Part shown: positions 49,494-60,142 of the stretch, piece after piece
How the letters are laid out: each line of letters begins with the position of its first letter
How positions within the stretch are numbered: the stretch's first letter is position 1
Assembly: GCA_001244265.2 (NCBI GenBank)
Contig: CDLV01000008.1
Coordinates: 1,054,001-1,118,000 of the forward strand
Direction: 5' to 3'
Origin: Microbotryum violaceum
Taxonomy: Eukaryota
Length of the DNA stretch: 64,000 nt
Position numbers and translations under genes: made by a program
The notes under the pieces: model-generated
Databases searched by the model: none
Seen by the model: the letters and a program-made list of their open reading frames with translations, nothing else
Told to the model about the DNA's origin: nothing

Positions 49494-51723
49494 ATGATTC
49501 GACCCAGTGTCATGGTCCAGCGCCGACTCGCTACCTCGACCATGAAAATTGGCTCCCGAGGTCTCGCGACCCACATCGCGACCCCAACCCAAGCTCCCGT
49601 GCTGTTGGAGGACGTCGAGCCGTCCCAGCGCGACAAGTTGCCTGTCTTCACCATCTCTCGAGAGCGAGGGTCAGTTTTAGACTGCTATCTGATCTGATGT
49701 TTTGCGCAAAGTGTCCTCCGTGTGACGTGGAGCTGTTTGGCTGACGATCTTGGTTCCGGCTCGGCATCGTTCGGCATCGCCCCTTTCGCTTATCTTGCCC
49801 GTTTCCTGATCTCCCGCTCCTCCAACCCCTCTCCCCCACCTCGACTCCTCATAAACCGGGGCAAATTTCATCACACCACAATATACTATGACTTTTCACC
49901 AGTTTCCTCCCCCGAGTCGATCCGTTGACCCACCTCCCCGCCGAGTTCGCTCCCCTCGAGTCGTTGCTGCAGCGCATGACGATCCGTCAACCGAACGGCG
50001 GCGTCGGCTTGCTCGGCCATGGCCAATTCGCCGATGCGTGCGAGACCGAACTCAAGAAGGTCGACTTGGAGAGCAAGGTCGATCAAGTCATCGAGAGTGG
50101 TACGCTTTTCCTACATTGCCCGTGAACAGACCCGACGCTCGTCAATGGCGTTCGCTAATGTTACGACCGCGGTTGGACACCTCTCCCTTCTCCTGTTTTT
50201 TGGCACTGCAGGCAACCAGCAGCTTCTCTCGGCGCTGTTCCGTGATTACTGCTACGCCACCTCGGGTGAGTGGCGTCGTGAGGGCTCTGAATTGTACCGA
50301 GATCTGGGAAACTAAAGCACTGTTACTTTCTCGCCAGCCTTCCTCCTTGAGCCGGTCGACCAACGCTTCCGACACACCGGAGTCTACGGCGAAGGCAACA
50401 ACCGCCTCCCTCGCGAGCTCGCGGTCCCGATGATGAAGCTCGCCGATAAGCTCAGTCACTTTCCCTTCAGTGCGTCGTGCATCTGCTTCTAACTTGTGTA
50501 TTCGATCTTGCGACTGATATCATGGACACTCTTGTACAGTGGAGTACTCCTCTTCGTACGCTCTCCAGAACTACGTCAAGATCCAGTCCAAGGTCAAGCC
50601 AGGCAAGCTCGGCCCTCTTTCCGAATGGGCTACGGACAACCTCAACATCCTCCGTGCGTTCGAGGATGCCAGCGGCTCCGAAGCCGGCTTCATTCTCGTG
50701 CACGTCACTATGGTGGCCCACACCGGTCGAGTCGTCGCTGCGGCCGAGGAGGTGCTCAAGGCGTCTCAAACCGGCGACCACAAGGCGTTCCAAAGCGCGA
50801 TGGGTGACCTCCTCGCGACCTACGAAAAGATCCAAGTCGCGATGGAGTCGATGTGGTCGTGGTCGAGGCCGGTCGACTACTTGCGCTTCAGGTCATTCAT
50901 CTTTGGCACGGGCCCCAAAAAGTCCAACTCGATGTTCCCCAATGGCGTCGTCTACGAGGGCATCGGCACTGACGAGCCCCAATACTTCCGTGGTGAGAGT
51001 GGAGCCAACGACGTGAGTCTTCAGTCTAGTTTCGGACAGTGAGCTTTCCGTGATCCGATCCAGCTGACCTTCCTGTTTTCGTTGATTTTTCAGTCCATCA
51101 TCCCCCTTGCGGACAACTTGCTCGAGATCACTCGTGCACACCCCAAGAATGAGCTCACATCGACCTTGCGCGAGTTCCGTGAATACCGTCCTTCGGCGCA
51201 ACGTGTATATCTCGAAGCGCTCGAGCGTCGTGCGTCCGAGACGGGCGTTTTCAAGTTTGCGCAGCAGAGCCCCGAGAGCTTGGCCTTGTACATCCTCATG
51301 GTCGACCAAGTGCGCGAGTTCAGGGACCGCCACTGGAAGTTCACCAAGGTAAGTGCTGAGAAGGAGATGGCAGCGCTGTCGGATGAGCCTGACTGAGCTT
51401 GCTATCTTTTGTCTGTGCAACAGAGCTACATCATTCGTTACTCGGACCACGCGATCGCCACGGGTGGATCGCCGATCCTGCGCTACTTGCCTCAGAATCT
51501 GACGACCGTGCTTAACTGCATGGCCGATGCGTTCACGTTGTTGCCCAACTCGCACGGCTTGGCCCCTACGACGGCGGCCAAGATCGAGGCGTGCCGCGGT
51601 CGCGCCGAGAGGGAACTCGAGGCGTTGAAGGTCGAGTTGGGCGAGTTGAGGGGCGGGGTCAAGGGTGTCGATGATAAGCGCGTGCACACTCGTGGATCCG
51701 TTGGCTGCGACGGCATCGGCTGA
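49494..51723 (+). CDS. Indoleamine 2,3-dioxygenase family heme protein (fungal IDO-gamma-like), multi-exon
   Basis: RGFLPR, MEYSSSYALQNY, EAGFILVHV, YLRFRSFIFG, FRGESGANDSIIP, FREYRP, RDRHW..SYII (proximal His) and ATGGSP. Confidence 0.85.
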
Positions 51724-52973
51724 GTGGGGTGATGCTTAGGTCGATGCGATTGAAACCTGTTCTCGCGTTGACATTCACTGGGAGGGGAGAAGAGGAGGAG
51801 AGGGGTCGCCAGAGGGGACCCGGCGGTTTCAGCGTGGTGCTCGGCGATTGGCTCTATGAATACTTGGTCATAGCAAAAATAGTTTGAACCTTGATCAGAT
51901 TCTCGTCTCGGAGATTCTAGCAAGCGTTGTAGTAGTGAGGTGTTTGCCTCAATGCCACGACCTTTTTCTACTGGAGTCCTTTTGCAAATTGGGCGAATTG
52001 AAATGTGGGCTTAAACTGCGTATCAGTGAACTTGGATTAGAAAGCGACTTCACATGCGCGCGCGAAAATTAGGGAGGGCATAAGGCAGCTTTTGCCTTAT
52101 GAGGCCCGTAGGGCAAGTTTCGGGATTCCATAAGGCATTTTGTAATGCCTCGATAAGAATAAAATCCTTAAGGCCTCCGTAGGGCTTCCCTAGGGCCTCC
52201 CTACGGCGGGGCCATAAGGATTTCCCCCTAGCGCGCGCATACGGTCACCGTAGTGCCTTCATACGGCGGCCATCGGGAAAATCCTTCAGGCATCGGGGTT
52301 GGGGAGCCCTATGGCGGTCCTCGTGCAGCCATATGGGAGCAATAGGGATCGTTTTATGGCTCTATAAGGTCGGGCCATATGGCACCCGCAGGGATGCCAT
52401 ACGGGCTCGATGAGGTCGCACTACAGTAGAATAAATCTGCTGCCATACGGAAGCCATGGTTGTCAGCCCAAGAGTCGCGTTTGGTCGCAGATAGTACTCC
52501 GGTCTACAGGGCTGATCATTGTACAGTAGGTTTCCACCCTTGTCATACGACTATGTTTTCTTGCATTCTCAAGCTCAACATCGTGTGCGAGGCCGAGCAG
52601 CCTCCCAGGGGTGACTCGGTCCCTCGGAGCTTGTCTGCGGCTTGCGGGTGGCTCCGGCCGTGCCCGGGGGCGGGGGCTGAGACCGACCGGTTGTGAGAGA
52701 GGAGGCGAGAGGAGCCAGCTGGAGCGGCCCTCGCGCCTTCGCGGAGCCCCACCCTCTCTTTCGTTTGCCCATTTGACAGTCCCGGGCACAACACACCCCT
52801 CGACAGCCAACACGATGTCCGTTCAGTCGAGGGACTTGGAACAAGTCATGGAGAATGGTGGGTGCTAACGACGTCATGGTTCCCGGCCGACCTGGGTGGT
52901 AGCGACTCCTTGCGGCACTCGGACCCACGCCCGGCCGCCGGCTCGCAGTCGCGTTGACGCGAACACTTTCATC

Positions 52974-55900
52974 ATGTCATCATCCTCATCGCCATCATCC
53001 ACAGACTTTGTTTTAGAATGGTCCTCTCAGCGAGCTTCTGCCGGCTATGTGTGCCGATACTGTGGTGGCGAGCGCATGTGGTATCGTCGCGCCGTCCGAC
53101 ACGCCACGACCAAGAAGCACCTCGACGCGTACAACAGTTGAGCCGATCCCGCTGTCAATTGGACCAACCGGTTACTGCAACCCACGCCTCAGGCGCTCTC
53201 GAGCAGCGACGAGGCGGACTTGGTCGATTCCAATCAAAATCCGGCAGAGACCGGAACAGTAGGCCACTCTCTGCTTGCTGTCGCTGGCGAGATCATCAAG
53301 TCGTCTGAAAGCGTGCCTGCTTCCAGTCCGTCCCCGCCAAGTGATCACGAGGATTCCGTTCTCGACCACGCCCTCTTCCTTCCAGAAGGCAATTGCTCGC
53401 CCTATTTCCAGGGCACTGGCTCCAAGTCCGACAGCGAGGTCGAGATCGATGGCGGGGCGGAGGAAGAAGAGTCGGATGACTGGGTTAAGACTTGGGCCAC
53501 TGCGGGCTCCACCAGTGAGTGGGGACGAGCAATGATGCAATGCCCCTCGTGAATTTTCCACTAACGCAAGTATTGCCCAACTTCTGGGCTGTAGCTGTGG
53601 TGACAGGCAGCCCCGCGATGCCCACACGGCTGGGCGTGCGCAACTACACAAGCGTACCTGATTCGTCGCATCCCTGGTATCCCTTCCCCAGTCAGAATGT
53701 GCGCCGATCTACTTTCTTTGCTCCGGAATCACGCGATCGGCCAAGAGCTGACCCCCTTGCGAACATAGATGATGATCATCGTCGTGTTTCTCAGATCCCA
53801 TAAACGCCGGATCAGCGTGCAAGAGCTGGACGACATGCTTGCATTCGCCAAGGCCTTCGGCGTGCAGGGTCTTCCTGCGGCCTCTTCCGTCAAAAGTTTC
53901 TGGCCAACTTGGAAAAAGAGATTCCCCTCTTCAAGCCCCGCCAGTATACGAAGGAGGACGGACGCTCTCTTCACGTGGTGTCGCCTGGCGATTACGTCGC
54001 TGCGGTAGGTTTTAGGAACCTGAGGCCCGAGGCACGATGTACGTAAGCACGAGAGCCGAAGAAGATAGTAAAGATAGTTCGAGCATTGCAAGACTAACCT
54101 GAGGCCCGAGGCACGATGTACGTAAGCACGAGAGCCGAAGAAGATAGTAAAGATAGTTGGAGAAGAGAGAGAAGCGCTAAGGGCGCGCGCACTTGGAAGG
54201 CTAGAGGCGCGCGCGCGGCTAATATCAACAACTAGATACTAAACTATTCTAAGTGGGATGAAACAGTAATACCCTTTTGACAGTAGGTCCCTGCGATTCC
54301 GTGTTAATGGTCGAGTGCCTTTGACTGAACCGTTTCCGGGAACGAACAATGTTGCACAGCATTTTGCAACGCCTTCATTGGCCCCTCTCGTGCAGCATTA
54401 TCCCGAGTTTCAGCCTTCTCAAGTCGATTCCGCCTATCACACTCGCCGCTGGCTCACTGACCTTCCTCCCAGATTTTCGGCCCCCATGGCCCGCGTCAGG
54501 GGCGACGACTACTTTGTTGACGAGATCATCAAGCTCAAGGGTGTTGATGATATGCACTGGTTCGTCGGCCGCTTCGTCTCTTTCGAAAGCAAGGTGCACG
54601 CTTTCGTTTGCTTTGCAGCCATCAAGTCTATCTTTCGGGTCGAGGTCAAGCTGCCCGCTGCTGGGCGTCAACTCATAAAGTGGCCACAAATGTCCCCTTC
54701 GCGATGGTGCCTGGTACCTGTCGAGCAGTTCGATCATCCAGTTCTCGAGATCGAACAGATGTTCCTCAATGTGACAATTGGTGAGTACCTCACCCTTTCT
54801 TGCAACCTCTGCCGACGTACTGTGCGCTCATACTGGCTGAGTGAACACGGCGCGCTAGTCGTACTCGACCCGAACATAGAGCCTGAGGAACCCCAGCGGT
54901 TGCTACCCTTGCGATCAACCGATCGTCTTCTAGCGAAAGGAACATTGCTTCTTGTGGCCCCCCTGCGGCTGTTCCTCGATGACATGGCCGCGACGGAGTC
55001 CAAGCGATGGAACCCGATGTATACAGTAAATCGAACCCTCCACGGGCACGCAGGTTGAGCGGCGGCCGTCACTGACACTCCTTTCGTCTGACCCGGGATC
55101 CCCGCAGGCATCTATTCAGAACCTAGCCCTTCCCTCTACAGTGCTTCGGCGAAGATATATGCTGCATCACACCGGTGTCACCAACATCGACGTGGATGCC
55201 CTTGATCTCGCCGAAGTTGTGCTTGTCTTGATTTCGTTTGTCACGCCTCGGTGCGCTCCTCTATCGCTTGGGAGCCCTCACTGATTGCTCGAACTTTTGA
55301 TACTCGCCTAGAGAAACCATGGAGAACAATCCGATCGAGTGTTACAGCTCAGCGGCAGGTGGTGATGTCATGATTCGCACGCCGGTCTTGTACTCCGTAC
55401 ACGACTCGCCGATGGCAGCGGCGTGCTCAGCGAGGGCAGGACGCGGAATGTTCCCATGCATCCGATGTCGATGGGGAGGCTCATGGAAGGAGAGGCTTAC
55501 AGAGGCTCAGATGGTCTTGTTCTTCAAGGTGCGCCTGCCACTGCCCGTCCCTTCTGGCCGTTCTTCGCAGTGGTGCTAATTCGTGATCCTGTGCCTCCGC
55601 AGTGTACATGCCAGCTGGATGGCAACACCACACGTGAAGAAGCGCTGCAACAGATCGAAACCTACGCGAGTGGGCTCGCGATGACGAGCGTCAAAGAACA
55701 ACAGACCTCGACGGGCACCCACGACGCATGGACAAAGCGAACACTGCAGCGCCTCGCCAACTGCTTCAAAAAGGAAATGAAGCACAAGAGCTTCGGGGTA
55801 AAGCCCGAGACCTTAGAGGTGAAAGCCTACAACAACATGGGCCCAACGGCCAAGACGCGCGTAAAGACGGCGAATGAGGCGCGGGCTCTGGAGGAAGTGG

Positions 55901-58630
55901 GCAAGTTGAAGGATGAGCTGATAGAACGGGGTGACTACGTTGGGCCTTTCTTCAGCGTACCGCGTAAGTTACGTGCAAGCATTGCTTTCCTCAAATCAAC
56001 TGTTCGGTGATGCCGATGGCGACTGACGCGAATGCATGACCCCAGACTTCGATCCGCACGCGCACATGCCGCTTGACGTTCTGCACGTCTACTACCTGGG
56101 TATCGTCAAGTACGCATGGAAAGCCACACTTCAAGTCGACAGCCTGAAGAAAGATCGCCCTGGAAGACTGCATTTGCATGCTTTCCTCACCTCATTGTCG
56201 TCCGTTGGGCTATCTGGCAACATAGCCGCGTACCATTTCATACATTTCCAAGGGTCACTCGTCGGATATGACTTCGTGGTCTTCGCCCAAACGATGCCTC
56301 TAGTCGCGCAGTTCCTGTTCAAGAAGAAGTTGATGCCGCCAGACCTGAACGAGTGCTGGAGCGCAATTGGTAAACTCGGCCACCACCTTCACGCTCTAAA
56401 GGTGGCAGATCTCGAACGGTATGCCGTGAGTGCTTTGATATACGTGACATCTGGTCATCTGACCTTTGCTGACTTTTTGTTTTATTTTTTATTTTTATTT
56501 TTTCCCTTCACTGCTTGGCAGACCGAATGCGAGAGTCTCGTCAACAACGTTTTGCAGGCATCCATGCGTCGCAGCTTGCCTCACGTGCTCAACAAACACA
56601 AATACCATACCCTTGCCAGCCTGGGGAATACCGTTCGAATGTTTGGCCCGCCCCACTCATTTGATGCGTCTCTGGCGGAGTCGGCCAACAAAGCCATCCG
56701 CCAGCACAACCTACGAACGAACCACCACGATGTCTCCGGCGATATTGCCCGCAAACTTGGAGACACAGAACGTGTGAATTTCATTGCTCGCGGAGGAACG
56801 TGGGAGAAGGATGGCGAACAGGTCAACATCGGTCCCGCAGCGAGGCAGTACATTGAAGAAGATGCTGTGATGCGTGCCTGGCTGTTCCCTGGCAGCGACC
56901 CAACTCAACAAGACTCTCCGACTGGTGAGGAACGAAGTGCTCTGGGTGGGAGGCCTGCCGATCTCGCTGACTGCTGTTGCCACAGCGTTCGAGATCGCCT
57001 TTACGCACGATGCACAAAGCGCAGTTCTATCTACCGCGACTCAGCTCGCCGATACTATCTGCTTCTCCTCGACTGAAACTTCCTTGCCGAACCTCTCAGA
57101 AGATGCTCGATGGCGCAAGGCAAAATTGGCCAAGCTCCCCAATGGGGACTATGTGCATCCGCAGGACTGGTGCTTGTTCAGAAAGGATGGGGCCGAAATG
57201 GTGCGCGATCTACTTCCTATCCATACGGACTTACTACCGACTATTCTGTATTTCTCTGTGGCTACAGGTACTCGTTGGCCAGGCGACTGAGCTTCTTGCT
57301 AACCTCTGTCCGACCAGCGGACAGTGCAGAGGCCTAGTCGCCTTCACGCTAGGCAGAGTTGGAACTGAGCTGGCGTCGACAGGGTTCCTTGGAATCGTTC
57401 GCAGTCATGTGCAGGTGATTGTTCCAGTCGAGGTCAGCGCGTCTCGACATTGCGTGAATTGCTTTCATATGCTGACACTTGATATCCCACTTGCCCGAGG
57501 TATCACTCAGAACGTGGTTGCACTCGCGGTGGTTCAGCACAACTGCGCCCGGTCAAAGTGTCAGATGATCAGCACCGAAACCGGTCCACCACTCATTCAG
57601 CACGTTGATGAGCAGGAGTTCCTGTTAAGCACCATTGCTCATCGCTCCTTCGATGAGCTCGCCAACTTTCGCCCACCCCTCAAGCCGCCAACGCCGATTG
57701 ACGCCTTCGTTCGAGCAATCTTGGCATCTAAGGACGCAAAGGAGCTCACGGCCGAAGCGGACAAGATTGACGGAGACGCGGACGACGAAAGAGCTGCGGA
57801 CGGTGGTCCGGCAAGAGAGCGTGGCAAGGGAAGGCGCAAAAGGAACGCACAATACAGGGTGGGCGCATGTTTTGTCGTCGGTATCATGTGCTCATGTGAG
57901 CCCTGGCTCATCTTGCAAGCTTCGGCAGGCTCGATTGGCAAAGATAGAGGAAGATCTTGAGGAGGATCTTATCACTTGCGGAAAGGTAGGCCTACCCCCT
58001 ATCCGGGAGTGTCTTTCGTCTACGGACCATTGAGCCAGTGACCTCGGTCCCAGACCAAGGAGCTTTTCGACAGATCGGATAGCTCGGACGCGGCTTCATC
58101 CTCCGACAACAACGACTCGGACGCGGCTTCATCCACCGACAACGACTCGGACGCTCGGAGGGTAAGTTGAACCTGCATAGCTGAGCTTTGTTTCGCCTGA
58201 TTATGGAACTGACGTCCCAAGGCGTTTGATGTACCTGCCCAGGATGTGCCGTCTCTACGTGGCCAATGTTTTAACGGGGCAATTGATACCAGAGACGAAT
58301 CTGACTCAAGACTCAGATGAGGGGAAGCAATCTCGTAAGCGGTCCAAACTTCGTCCATTCGAACACGATCCTCGAAGAAGTATTTTCTATGGATTGGTGG
58401 CAATAGGGTCCTCCAATGAATTGAAGCTTGGGGGCAACAGCGTTCAAGAGGCGCCGCGATGGTTCGAGCGACATATGTCGTCGGGCACTGCACTGCAGGC
58501 GTATCTTCAACCCCACCGTCGTGTTGCAGTGGCTGTGAGGGATGAAGCCGTGCACAGGTTCCAACTGTTCATGCCTACAGGAGGATCACAGGGGTATTAT
58601 TGTTACAATGGTCTGGTTGGATTTTCCTAG
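52974..58630 (+). pseudogene. EnSpm/CACTA-like fungal transposase, multi-exon, with in-frame stop (53139-53141) and frameshift (~53895); 3' end approximate
   Basis: N-terminal C2H2-like YVCRYC..HATTKKH; HPWYPFPS; LFLDDMAATESKRWN (D1); VHDSPM..FPCIRC (D2); DPHAHMPLDVLHVYYLGIVKYAW; KHKYH; FGP..AESANKAIR (E); VQHNC. Confidence 0.8.
54010..54282 (-). mobile_element. Solo LTR (273 bp) nested in a transposase intron, with internal perfect 63-bp direct repeat and predicted intron
   Basis: TSD GTAGG at 54005-54009 and 54283-54287. Minus strand TGTCA...CTAAAA (CA terminus mutated). Repeat copies at 54017-54079 and 54096-54158. Confidence 0.8.
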
Positions 58631-58774
58631 CAATAGTTTACAATGCTCGACTTGCAGAGAGGAGGCCCAAGCGCTCAGGTGGGTCTGTGTGCGTCAGCTT
58701 GGACCAGCTGAGAATCGGGCCTTGTTCTGACTCCTTCCAGTCAGTGCGCCGCGTCGTTCGCGGTATCGCCTAGA

Positions 58775-60142
58775 ATGCCCCCTATCAACGTACTGTCGAT
58801 CGAAGACATTGAGATCGATCCTATCGAGGACGAAAATATCAAGGAATGGTCACACGTCGCCTGCATCGCAACTCCGAAGCTGCTGAATGTCAAACTACCC
58901 GCGACGGACCAATCCGAGATCCTGTTGTCGACAGATGCTCCACAAGCTCCGTCCGAATTCTACTTTGAGACACTCCCGCACCCTCCAAAGCAAGCTCGCA
59001 GACACTTTTTTGAATCCAACAATCTCAGCGAAGCCAAGAAGGAAGGATCGCGGTCTCTGGCAGTTGGCCGTTATCGCGTGCCACTCGGCTTCAAGCGGAT
59101 CTGGGACAACTTAGACAATGCCAGAGAAGCGCGGAGAAGAATCGAAGACGCGCTCGAGTGGATGAAGAGGGTCGAAAAGGAGTGCATAATCGACGAATTT
59201 TACATCAGCAAGGCCAAGGAAGCACTTTTAAACCTGCCGTGGCACGAGTTACCGGGCGTGGGCAACGAGCTGGGGCATGAGCGACTTGTGAACTTGCTCA
59301 GTAAGTTCACCATTCTCACTCCCACTCTTGCCACTCTCCTTGTCCCTGTTCTCGCCATAATCTGATGAGCAATGGTCTGATCGCATGCTCTCCTTTTCCG
59401 TTCATCAGGCAATGAATGGGTTGGCGAGACAATCATCAATTTTCTCATCGGGGGCATTATTCACACCCAGCAGCTCGAACACACGACGACGATATATGGA
59501 CTTATTCCTTCTGATTGCATCTCATACGCAATCTATCGCATGCGGCATGCAGGCGGCTCATCTGATGTTCAACGTTTGCTTGGACAATATCAGTTCGAAT
59601 TGTGGCTAGCCGACTGGGCAAGGCACGACTGCGTCGGGATCGCAAGCACCGCCGAGTTCATCAGCGCACACCCCGACTCGGTCTGGTTTTTGCCAATCTG
59701 TGACGAGAACCACTGGTTCCTGGGAAGGATCGATGTGATCGATGTGAAACTTGGAGCCTGGTCCATACACAATTCACTTGCCTCAAGGACGCTCACGGTC
59801 GCCGCTCTAAACGCTCTGGAGGCACTTTTCAAAGTCCTTAATCTCAACATCGATGTGAATAACGGTACGACGACAATGTCACCTCAGCAACAAGATACCT
59901 TCTCGTGCAGTCCTGCCATTGTGAATGTCGTCGTACACGAACTCGTACACGAGAAGGCGTTTGATCCAACGCACGCGGCTCTATCGCGAATTCGTCAATT
60001 TTGCCGCGCTGTCGACATGATCGAGGCCCAGGAGGTCACGGGGAAAGCCCCCCCCCCCCTCTTGATAAAGATGCCCAAAGAGCACACGCGAACCACTCAT
60101 GACGATCCGTTGAACCCGTCGTACGTTCCACAGTTCCACTAG
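58775..60142 (+). CDS. Ulp1/peptidase C48-like (SUMO/Ubl) protease domain, passenger gene in the CACTA element; probably continues through further low-complexity exons to ~62970
   Basis: After intron ~59301-59408: GNEWVGETIINF; FLPICDENHWFLG (His); IHNSL (Asn at the Asp position); PQQQDTFSC (oxyanion Gln and catalytic Cys). Confidence 0.7.

Noticed and set aside
34253-51723. Secondary-metabolite or functional gene cluster
   Set aside because: The genes have unrelated housekeeping functions and there is no backbone synthase.
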